64,000 nt of DNA, from positions 1 to 64,000 of IMG/VR virus record IMGVR_UViG_3300031576_000005. One strand, 5' to 3'. The notes under the pieces were generated by a model. That model was not told the origin of the DNA, did no database searches, and worked only from the letters and a program-made list of their open reading frames with translations. Below, piece after piece: positions 38,550 through 46,806 of this stretch; position 1 is the first letter of the stretch; every line of letters starts with the position of its first letter. Source of the DNA: a virus. The translations under genes were made by a program, and so were the position numbers.

Positions 38550-38876
38550 ATGGAAAAAAATAAAGTAGTATCTATTACAGGAAAAGAAGACAAAGAAGTC
38601 GAGGCTAAGGATTTGAACGAAGTAATCAGTGGGAAAAAGGCTAATAAATTTTCTAAATACCCCACTAAAGAAATTTATAAAAAGGCTTTATATGAAATGA
38701 CTCATATTGAGCTTTGCGATGAATTGATGCGTTTGGGACATCATGCTAGTTGCGAAAAGGAATTTTGTCGAAATAAATGTCTGGCTTTATATGAAGCCGC
38801 TCAGAAGCCAAGAACAGTAACATATCCCGCTCAAAAGAATGTGAGCTTGGAAGATATTATTAGAGAGAACAAATAA
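38550..38876 (+). CDS. Hypothetical protein
   Basis: ORF with AAGGA SD behind its own promoter. Confidence 0.7.
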   Translation: MEKNKVVSITGKEDKEVEAKDLNEVISGKKANKFSKYPTKEIYKKALYEMTHIELCDELMRLGHHASCEKEFCRNKCLALYEAAQKPRTVTYPAQKNVSLEDIIRENK

Positions 38877-38984
38877 GTTGGTACGTCTAGAAAAAGGTGG
38901 AAGAGGGATTATAGTGTAATATTAATGGAATACCGCGTATTTTTTATGCGTGATATATTATTTAAATATTAACATTTCTATATT

Positions 38985-39479
38985 ATGTGTAGCGATACTT
39001 CTGGATACATTTCGAACATTCTTCTCGCGGTTGGCGATGAAGCAAATTTGGTTTATACGTCAGGAACTGTCAATCAACTCATTTTTGCTAAACTGCCTAT
39101 GCTCAATGGTCTCATGGGGACATGTTTTTCTGGTGACTCTACCGTTGGTTGCATAACTCCCTCTATTTCGGGAACCGTATATCAATCGATATTGGAGCTT
39201 TTAATTTCTAAAGAATTGACTAAACGCTCTATGTATACGGCAAGCAGAACATTCACCCTAACTTCGTTCAAAGAAGGGGATAGTTCAGTAAATGTGTCAG
39301 ACCAATCAAAATATTTACATGAATTATACAAACAATTACAAAGCGAATTCGATAGGATTGTGAATCAAACAAAATATTCAATAGCGTCTAATGCGGTTAC
39401 TACAGTTATTGGAACAGACGCCAGTATTCAAGAAACTATTCCATATATTCAATATGGGCGTTATTATCCGAACTATTAG
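38985..39479 (+). CDS. Head-tail adaptor-like protein
   Basis: Position; S.KEGDSSV motif typical of adaptors. Confidence 0.6.
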   Translation: MCSDTSGYISNILLAVGDEANLVYTSGTVNQLIFAKLPMLNGLMGTCFSGDSTVGCITPSISGTVYQSILELLISKELTKRSMYTASRTFTLTSFKEGDSSVNVSDQSKYLHELYKQLQSEFDRIVNQTKYSIASNAVTTVIGTDASIQETIPYIQYGRYYPNY

Positions 39480-39493
39480 ACCGAGATTAGATT

Positions 39494-40291
39494 ATGATAT
39501 TGAAAATTGAATTCGAACGAAGAAAATCTGGGGTAGAAAAACATAAGAGATGGTTCTCTTTGGTAAAATGTGATGATTGTGGAGAGGAAAGGACAATATT
39601 AAAACGTGATGCGATTGCGGGAAAAGGCGATGAATTTTGTGCTAATTGTTCTAGAAAAGGAAAAAGAAATGCTAATTATGGGAAAACACATTCCATAGAA
39701 ATTCGTCAAAAAATAAGCGAATCTCTAGCTGGGGAAAATCATCCAATGTTTGGTAAACGTCACAGTAAAGAAACATGCGAAAAAATAGCCAAATCTTTAA
39801 TTGGAAAAAATTGCGGAGAGGAAAATCATAATTTCGGTAAAAATTTTTCTGAAGAATGGCGTGAAAAAATAGGTGCATCCCATAGGGGGGAAAAGTGTTA
39901 TAATTACGGAAAACATCTTTCCGAAGAAACTCGTCAAAAGCTAAGTTTATGCCACAAAGGAGAAAAAAATTATAATTGGAGATTCGATTTAACTCAGGAA
40001 GAAAGAGAAAATAATAAAAATAGACGATATAATCCCAAAACCCAAGAATTCCGAAAATTAGTTTTAGCACGAGATAATTATACCGACCAAATTACTGGGA
40101 AAAGAGGCGGAAAATTAATTGTTCATCATCTTTACAATTGGGAGGATTATCCCGACAAAAGATTTAACATAAACAACGGTGTTACAATCTCCGAGGCTTA
40201 CCATATTTTATTTCATAAAATCTATGGATATAGATATAATACACCCGAACAGTTCGAGGAATTCAAACAAAATATTTTAAACTTTAATTAA
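39494..40291 (+). CDS. Zn-ribbon/NUMOD3/HNH endonuclease (copy 3)
   Basis: Four NUMOD3 repeats; VHHLYNW...NNGVTI. Confidence 0.85.
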   Translation: MILKIEFERRKSGVEKHKRWFSLVKCDDCGEERTILKRDAIAGKGDEFCANCSRKGKRNANYGKTHSIEIRQKISESLAGENHPMFGKRHSKETCEKIAKSLIGKNCGEENHNFGKNFSEEWREKIGASHRGEKCYNYGKHLSEETRQKLSLCHKGEKNYNWRFDLTQEERENNKNRRYNPKTQEFRKLVLARDNYTDQITGKRGGKLIVHHLYNWEDYPDKRFNINNGVTISEAYHILFHKIYGYRYNTPEQFEEFKQNILNFN

Positions 40292-40852
40292 ATGAGTTAT
40301 CCCGCTATCCCTATAAATGCGATTGTTTCTAAATACAAAGAAGCTTTTGACTGGCTGCATTCGGGAACATCCAGACAAATCATAGTTATGGTTGAGCCGC
40401 TACGTAGCGGTTGTTTAAATCACTCAGGCTGGGACCCGATTCTTAAAAAGGCTTTTCCGGTTTATAACTCTGGTAATCCGTTTTCTCAAACATCACCAAC
40501 CGTCATTCCTTCATTCAATATCAGTGGCACACTCAACATACCCTTCAGCGGAGGTGTAGAATGTCCAGTCTGTAATGGAAATGGATTTTTGTTATCTCCA
40601 TCTTCGGGTATAATAAATGCAAGAATCCAATGGAGAAACCAAGATACAGATTTTGATGTAGAAAAAGCAAAATTAAAATCAGATGAATTTTCTGTCCGCA
40701 TAAAAGTTACTGGTTCCGTTGATGCAGCACTTGTAGATAGGAATACTCGCGTAATTATTGATGGTCGTTCTTGCCTAATGGTGAAACAAGGAGTCCCTGT
40801 AGGACTCAGAGATATTCATTCGTATTATTATTACTTTAAAGATTTACAATAA
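40292..40852 (+). CDS. Head closure/neck protein with CxxCxGxG motif
   Basis: CPVCNGNG; position in neck block. Confidence 0.55.
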   Translation: MSYPAIPINAIVSKYKEAFDWLHSGTSRQIIVMVEPLRSGCLNHSGWDPILKKAFPVYNSGNPFSQTSPTVIPSFNISGTLNIPFSGGVECPVCNGNGFLLSPSSGIINARIQWRNQDTDFDVEKAKLKSDEFSVRIKVTGSVDAALVDRNTRVIIDGRSCLMVKQGVPVGLRDIHSYYYYFKDLQ

Positions 40853-40853
40853 T

Positions 40854-41528
40854 ATGGGAAGCATCAACACAGTATCAATATCAAGAAAAGCTCGTGCGGC
40901 CTTGGACAAGGGCACAAAAGTAAACGAGATAAAATCTTTATTAAAAGATAAAGCTTTTGTCGCGGCACAACGAATTACGAAAGACCTTCAAGCAGAATTT
41001 AATGAACATGTAGTAACCCAAGAGCTAAAAAATCCTGGAAATAATCAAAGTGATATTCCTGGTTTTCCAAAAAGTAGCCTTGGAGTATATGGAAATTTAG
41101 CATCTTTTCTAGGTCTTCCGCCATCGAAAGTAAGTCGGGAGCTAGAAGTAATGAGAGCGTTATTTTCTTCATTTACAATTAATGTAATAAGAAAACAAAC
41201 CGGGCAATTTGAAGTTAATATTTCTTATCCTCCTTTAAAAACTTTTTATGGAGTCACTCCTCCGCCAGAAGGAGCTTACCCAATATCTTGGCTCCAAGGA
41301 ATAGAAAAGGCGGCTATTCAAAATTTTAGCCAATTTATTTTTAAGAAAAAAGGCAGTTCAAGTTCTAGAAGTGGTAAAGGATTTCAGGTTGATGATAGAA
41401 TTACTTTAAGAAAAACCCCTAGCATGATGCCAGAAATTCCTTATATCAAAGATATATACCAAAGAATATTAGAAGACACGGGCCGAGCTAAGTCAACACT
41501 TGGGAAAATTATAAAAAGCAAATTCTAA
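40854..41528 (+). CDS. Putative neck/tail-completion protein
   Basis: Basic protein in neck block; SWLQGIE...SRSG.G. Confidence 0.5.
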   Translation: MGSINTVSISRKARAALDKGTKVNEIKSLLKDKAFVAAQRITKDLQAEFNEHVVTQELKNPGNNQSDIPGFPKSSLGVYGNLASFLGLPPSKVSRELEVMRALFSSFTINVIRKQTGQFEVNISYPPLKTFYGVTPPPEGAYPISWLQGIEKAAIQNFSQFIFKKKGSSSSRSGKGFQVDDRITLRKTPSMMPEIPYIKDIYQRILEDTGRAKSTLGKIIKSKF

Positions 41529-42398
41529 ATGAGAACAAGCTATTGGGAAGACATAAAGCAAAGTTTATATAATTTATATGACCATAAATTATTAGAGCAA
41601 GGCGCTTATGTTAATATAACGGGTGGCCAAAAGGACTTTAAAGGGAGAAATATTTCTAAATTCTATCCAGTTATAGACAATGAATTATATTCTGTTTCTG
41701 GACATATTTGGCAGTCGGCATTTCATAATTTTGTGTATGAAAGTGGTGTTGTTAATAAACCAACCCCGATTGTCGCATCGGGCGTATATGTTAATGGCGT
41801 CTTTACACCAAAAAGCAATTCTTTACATATAGACTATATAAACGGACGAGTAATATTTGATACGGCTATTTCAACCTCAAGTACCGTACAAGGTGATTTT
41901 AGTTATAAGGAATATAGTTTTGTTCGACCTGATAATGATAGAGCATTTAAAAATCAAACTAAATATAGTATTAATTCTAATGTAGATGTTGACCCATTTC
42001 CAGCTATTCCCTATTCTATATATTTACCAGCTATTATTATAGAAATAGAAGGAGCAGATGAAAAGGGGTTCCAATTTGGCGGGACTACAGAAACACTACC
42101 AACCCTTAAATTAACCGTTATTGGCGACCATCAAGGACAGGTCGAAAACATAGCTAGCGTGCTTTCTTCTACCTCTACAAAGGATTTACCAGTAGTTGCG
42201 GCCAACCTGGGGCCAAAGTTTAATTTTTTCTATGATTTAACTGATAATTACTCATTTTATCAATGGTGCAAGCTAAGTGAGAACTTTGCCCTTATAAAAA
42301 GTGTAAAATATACTAGGATTTTTAACTCTACAACAGAAAAAGAGGAACCCTCTCTATTTGGTGGGAGTATAATAATAGAAATTTCAGCAATTAGATAA
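41529..42398 (+). CDS. Putative tail terminator/neck protein
   Basis: IDYINGRVIF; LPAIIIE...FQFGG; directly before tail tube. Confidence 0.55.
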   Translation: MRTSYWEDIKQSLYNLYDHKLLEQGAYVNITGGQKDFKGRNISKFYPVIDNELYSVSGHIWQSAFHNFVYESGVVNKPTPIVASGVYVNGVFTPKSNSLHIDYINGRVIFDTAISTSSTVQGDFSYKEYSFVRPDNDRAFKNQTKYSINSNVDVDPFPAIPYSIYLPAIIIEIEGADEKGFQFGGTTETLPTLKLTVIGDHQGQVENIASVLSSTSTKDLPVVAANLGPKFNFFYDLTDNYSFYQWCKLSENFALIKSVKYTRIFNSTTEKEEPSLFGGSIIIEISAIR

Positions 42399-42411
42399 CA
42401 GGAGAACTACC

Positions 42412-43461
42412 ATGGCACGTAATCGTATTATATATCAATCTCAGGGGCTTTTCGTAGGACCAACGGGAGCTTTACCATCTGGAGTATCACTTTCTGGAAT
42501 TCAACGAGTTCAGTCCATTACACATACTGAAACTATTAATCGAACAGATGTTAACCAATTTGGTAAATTAGCTCGTATTGATAGCGTTCAAATTGCTCCG
42601 CCTACTGTTAGTCTAAATTTTGAGTGTTTGCTTGTTAATGCTATTAATGCTAATAGACTTGGTTTTATTACTGATGGTAGCGTGTCTTGTATTTCTAACA
42701 TTTTGTCTGGTGTTACGGATGTTAAAAATTATTACATCGCTCTAGCCGCCGAAGGTTCTGATTTAGTTGGAACAACTGGCGCTGGCGCATTTGGTTTTGG
42801 CAATGGGTTTATCTCAAATGCAACTTACCGTGGTGCTGTTGGTGCTTTGGCTACAGAAGCCTATACTGTTGATGCTTTGAATTATCGTACCTACTTATTA
42901 AGTTCTGGTAATGTTCCAACCGTGGACCAAAGCACAGGATTAAATGTCACGGGCGTTAACTTTATTATTCCTACCGCAACAACTGGTACAACTACTAGCG
43001 TTTCTGCATTACAACCAGGCGATATTTCCTTAGCCTTGACAGATACTCTTGGTTTTGCTTCTGGTAATTTGCATATTCAAAATTTTGAAGTAACCGTTCC
43101 TCTCGCGCGAGAAGATATTAGCCAGCTTGGAACACGTTTTGCATTTGCTAAAGTTATTACATTTCCAGTAAATGTAACGGCAACGTTTAGTTGTGTTGCT
43201 GGTGATATCGCGGCATCAAACCTAGCCGATAAACTTTGTGCAGATAATCCTATTGATTTAACTATTACTCTAAAAAATCCTGATTGTAGTGGGCTTGGTG
43301 CTACAGCTATTAAATTTACCCTTAAAGGGACTAAATTAGATAGCTCAAACTATAATTCTACGATAGGAGCAAATAGTACCGTAGATTTCAACTATAGTAC
43401 ACAAATAGGTGGGCCGGAAGATGTTACAATAGGCCTCTTTGTTTCTGGCGTTTCAGTATAA
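42412..43461 (+). CDS. Major tail (tube) protein
   Basis: MARNRIIYQSQ..., RVQS, RED..QLG; AGGAGA SD; late motif at 42300; terminator downstream. Confidence 0.75.
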   Translation: MARNRIIYQSQGLFVGPTGALPSGVSLSGIQRVQSITHTETINRTDVNQFGKLARIDSVQIAPPTVSLNFECLLVNAINANRLGFITDGSVSCISNILSGVTDVKNYYIALAAEGSDLVGTTGAGAFGFGNGFISNATYRGAVGALATEAYTVDALNYRTYLLSSGNVPTVDQSTGLNVTGVNFIIPTATTGTTTSVSALQPGDISLALTDTLGFASGNLHIQNFEVTVPLAREDISQLGTRFAFAKVITFPVNVTATFSCVAGDIAASNLADKLCADNPIDLTITLKNPDCSGLGATAIKFTLKGTKLDSSNYNSTIGANSTVDFNYSTQIGGPEDVTIGLFVSGVSV

Positions 43462-43488
43462 AGCAAAATTAATTCACAAATATAAAAG

Positions 43489-43520
43489 AGACCCTCCAAT
43501 CGAAAGATTGGGGGTTTTTT
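43489..43520 (+). terminator. Rho-independent terminator after tail tube
   Basis: ACCCTCCAATC-GAAA-GATTGGGGGT stem-loop followed by T-tract. Confidence 0.8.
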
Positions 43521-43525
43521 ATTTG

Positions 43526-43554
43526 TTGAAAATTACAATCAATCATGATATAAT
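43526..43554 (+). promoter_or_regulatory. Sigma70 promoter (leaderless) for HNH copy 4
   Basis: TTGAAA-N17-TATAAT with TGn; ATG 7 nt later. Confidence 0.7.
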
Positions 43555-43561
43555 ATAAAAC

Positions 43562-44206
43562 ATGAGCGTTATTTTTTTAGATTATTGTAGAGGACATATA
43601 AAGGGAAGAAATCTAATAATGTCATTAGTTAGATGCGATAATTGTTTTAGGGATAGGTTAGTTGAGAAACATAATATATTAAAGAATCATGGCGTTAATC
43701 ATTGTCGTGATTGTTCTAGGATTATTCTTTTTAAATATAGAAATCCATCTACTATTAATCCAAAATTTGGTAAACACAATCCAATGTTTGGTAGGGTGGG
43801 AATAGAACATCCGGGACATCGTTTGAATAGAACTAAAGAAAGTTTAGAGAAAATGGCCAAAAATAGAAGTGGTAGTAAAAATTGGAGATGGGATGAAACT
43901 ATATCCGACCAAGATAGACTTAAAAATAATTACGGAAGAGATAAGAACAAATTAAGGTTTTGGAGAGTGGATGTTTTTATTAAAGATGGTTATACTTGTC
44001 AAATCTCTAACATCAAAGGATGCCGTTTGGTGGCTCATCATATTTTTAACTATAAAGATTATCCCGAAAAAAGATTTGATGTTAATAATGGCATGGCTAT
44101 CGCACGAGAATTACATGAGTTATTTCATATGATTTATGGCAAAAGACACAACAATTTAGAACAATTCCTAGAATTTAAACAATATATCCAAGAAATTTTA
44201 GCATAA
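43562..44206 (+). CDS. Zn-ribbon/HNH endonuclease (copy 4)
   Basis: SLVRCDNC..CRDC; AHHIFNY...NNGMAI...H..FH. Confidence 0.85.
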   Translation: MSVIFLDYCRGHIKGRNLIMSLVRCDNCFRDRLVEKHNILKNHGVNHCRDCSRIILFKYRNPSTINPKFGKHNPMFGRVGIEHPGHRLNRTKESLEKMAKNRSGSKNWRWDETISDQDRLKNNYGRDKNKLRFWRVDVFIKDGYTCQISNIKGCRLVAHHIFNYKDYPEKRFDVNNGMAIARELHELFHMIYGKRHNNLEQFLEFKQYIQEILA

Positions 44207-44240
44207 TATAGTGTAATATATATAAAGGAATAAGGCAATA

Positions 44241-44555
44241 ATGGATAACACATCAGCAAAAATCTTTCTCTCTAAAGATGTACAAGATTCTTTTAAAGAG
44301 ATACAAAAAGCTTTTTTTGGAATCATAGATGATTTACGCGCGAGCGATGCAGACCATTTAGAACATCTTAAAACCATATTACAAGATGATACACTAGCAA
44401 ATACTTTTCAACTCTTTCAAGAAAATCGCAATAAATCTATTAGAAAAAAAGTATTAGATACAATGGGTGATGAGGGAAGAAAATTAGCAACAAAGCTAGA
44501 CGACTATCAAATTAATTTTGCTCAAGATATTGAGATAAAGGCAACAATAAAATAA
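44241..44555 (+). CDS. Hypothetical tail-module protein
   Basis: Late motif at 44210 upstream. Confidence 0.65.
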   Translation: MDNTSAKIFLSKDVQDSFKEIQKAFFGIIDDLRASDADHLEHLKTILQDDTLANTFQLFQENRNKSIRKKVLDTMGDEGRKLATKLDDYQINFAQDIEIKATIK

Positions 44556-44567
44556 AGGAAAAGGAAT

Positions 44568-45206
44568 ATGAAAGTAGTACATACATTTAAAATTAAAAAT
44601 GGCGATAAGGAACTAGAATTTAGTTTCATCGAGGCGTCTAAAGGCGTAATCCGTGAAGGAGAGATGGTATACGCAAAAAAATATGCCGAATGCTTGCGAG
44701 CAGGACTTCTGTCAAATGCAGAGGCTTTAAAACTTTCCAATCAAAATGGCGGTGTGTTTACAGACGAGGAAAAAGATGATTACGTAAAATCGCTTGGAGA
44801 ATTTTTATCTAAGGACAAGGAGATGCAAGATTTAAAGGCCAAAAACGAGGATACTAAATTAGTCGAGGAACAAATAAAAGTTATTAAAGATAAAATACTT
44901 TTTTATCAAAACAAAAATGACTCAATTTTTGAATTTTGTTCAGAATCAAAATCTAGAGATGCGGTACTGTTGCACTATGCATTTTCATTAACTATGTTAG
45001 ATGGTAAACCCTATTTCCCCGGTAAAAATCACGCAGAACGAACTAAGTCTTATGATGAAAATTCGGATGCTATTAAAGATGAAATTTTGAAACGTAGTAT
45101 CTGGTATGCTACGGCTTTATTTTATAATATTCAAGATATCGATGCAAAATACCCAGAGGATACTTTGGAGATTGCATCCACCGCTCCAGAAACACAAAAA
45201 GCTTAA
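44568..45206 (+). CDS. Putative tail assembly chaperone
   Basis: Between tail tube and tape measure; helical. Confidence 0.55.
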   Translation: MKVVHTFKIKNGDKELEFSFIEASKGVIREGEMVYAKKYAECLRAGLLSNAEALKLSNQNGGVFTDEEKDDYVKSLGEFLSKDKEMQDLKAKNEDTKLVEEQIKVIKDKILFYQNKNDSIFEFCSESKSRDAVLLHYAFSLTMLDGKPYFPGKNHAERTKSYDENSDAIKDEILKRSIWYATALFYNIQDIDAKYPEDTLEIASTAPETQKA

Positions 45207-45230
45207 TTTTATTTAAGTTAGAAACTGGAG

Positions 45231-45260
45231 AAAAACCCCCGCGATAGGGGGTTTTATTTT
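45231..45260 (+). terminator. GC hairpin with T-tract directly before HNH copy 5
   Basis: AAAACCCCC-GCGATA-GGGGGTTTT. Confidence 0.75.
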
Positions 45261-45263
45261 TAT

Positions 45264-45878
45264 ATGTCAATTATTATTGAAAAATATGAGAAAAGAGTAT
45301 CTAGTAAGAGAGAGGTATGGTTTTCTTTAGTTGAGTGTGAACACCCTTTGCACGTAGGAGAGAGGAAAAGAATAATAAGAAAAGATAATGCTTTAAAATG
45401 CGGCGGGATTAAATACTGTGGTTCTTGTAGTCGGGGTGGAGAAAAACATCCGTGTTTCGGTAAACATCTTTCTAAAGAAATGCGTGAAAAATTAAGTTTA
45501 GCGAATAGTGGGGAAAAAAATTGTCATTATGGAAAGCGTGGCAAAGAAACGTCTCGATGGCGAGACGATTTAACGCAAGAAGAACGGGAATTAAACAAGG
45601 ATAGAAGTTATAATCCTAAAAATCGTGAGTGGCGAGAAATGGTTTTTAAGCGGGATAATTGGAGATGTCTTTTCTCCGGACGAAAAGGCGTTAAACTTGA
45701 AGCTCATCATCTATATAACTGGGCGGATTATCCAGAAAAAAGATTCGATATAAAGAATGGTATCACATTATGTAAGGAGATACATAAATTATTCCATAAA
45801 AGATACAGATATCGCAACAACACACCCGAACAATTCGAAGAATTTAAATTATGGTATACATATGATTACCAAATCTAG
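45264..45878 (+). CDS. Zn-ribbon/NUMOD3/HNH endonuclease (copy 5)
   Basis: One NUMOD3; AHHLYNW...KNGITLC..IH..FH. Confidence 0.85.
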   Translation: MSIIIEKYEKRVSSKREVWFSLVECEHPLHVGERKRIIRKDNALKCGGIKYCGSCSRGGEKHPCFGKHLSKEMREKLSLANSGEKNCHYGKRGKETSRWRDDLTQEERELNKDRSYNPKNREWREMVFKRDNWRCLFSGRKGVKLEAHHLYNWADYPEKRFDIKNGITLCKEIHKLFHKRYRYRNNTPEQFEEFKLWYTYDYQI

Positions 45879-45881
45879 TAT

Positions 45882-46805
45882 ATGGAATATAACGCCGAAG
45901 TTATAGATTTTACCTATAATAACATCCTTAACAACTTCACCCCTTTTGTCCTTGACGGAGTCTTGTATCTCGGTAAACATGTCTCTTCCGCCGATTTATT
46001 TTCTGCTAATTCGCATCTTCTATTGATAAAAAAAAATCTACAGTCTAATGGAGTTTTAAGCGAGTATGACATCATGAAAGATGCCATAGAAAAAGGTGTC
46101 TGGAGTCATGCTAAGAATCTAGAAATTCAAAATCTTAGAAATGATATTAAAAGAAAAGCTGAGGTTGTACCAAAATTAGTTCTTCCTAGTCAAAAAAAGC
46201 AGGTCGAGGCTGAGATTAAAATATTATCTAAAAAAATTTCTGATATAGAAAATGAAAAATCGGGATTTCTTACCCATTCCTTAGAAAGACAGTTACAATC
46301 AGAAAAATTAGATTATATTTGTTTTTTATCTATATATAAAGAAAATAAAGAAAGATTATGGCGTTCTTATGAAGATTTCTTAAATGAATCAACTGATTTT
46401 TCAAATAAGATTACCAAATTATATTTCTCTGTAATAAATGAAATGTCTAACTCTCTTATTCGGGCTATAGCCAGAGTTACTGATGCTCGATATAAATTAA
46501 AGATAGCTGGTACCAAATCTCCCGAAGATATTTCTATAGTTTTTCTAGAACTCCGTCAATGGTGTGACTTTTATAACTCTATTTATGAGTTAGATGACCG
46601 ACCCGCCCCTAATATTATCGAAGACGACATTAAACTAGATGGTTGGCTTTCAGCTAGGAAAGCTAAAAACGATATTATGAAAAGTGTAAATACCAGTGAA
46701 GGTGCGACTTCTTTTGGTGGTATTGTAGGTACAAAAGAAGATGTAGAAGCCTTTGGCGGGGTTTCTAGAGACCAGATTATAAGTTTAGCAAAGGAACAAG
46801 GATAA
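45882..46805 (+). CDS. Putative tail chaperone-like protein
   Basis: Immediately upstream of tape measure; IIEDD..LDGWL. Confidence 0.5.
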   Translation: MEYNAEVIDFTYNNILNNFTPFVLDGVLYLGKHVSSADLFSANSHLLLIKKNLQSNGVLSEYDIMKDAIEKGVWSHAKNLEIQNLRNDIKRKAEVVPKLVLPSQKKQVEAEIKILSKKISDIENEKSGFLTHSLERQLQSEKLDYICFLSIYKENKERLWRSYEDFLNESTDFSNKITKLYFSVINEMSNSLIRAIARVTDARYKLKIAGTKSPEDISIVFLELRQWCDFYNSIYELDDRPAPNIIEDDIKLDGWLSARKAKNDIMKSVNTSEGATSFGGIVGTKEDVEAFGGVSRDQIISLAKEQG

Positions 46806-46806
46806 T

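Noticed and set aside
42412-46805. Contractile tail sheath or programmed tail-chaperone frameshift
   Set aside because: No sheath-sized gene lies before the tube, and I found no in-register slippery heptamer at the end of 44568.
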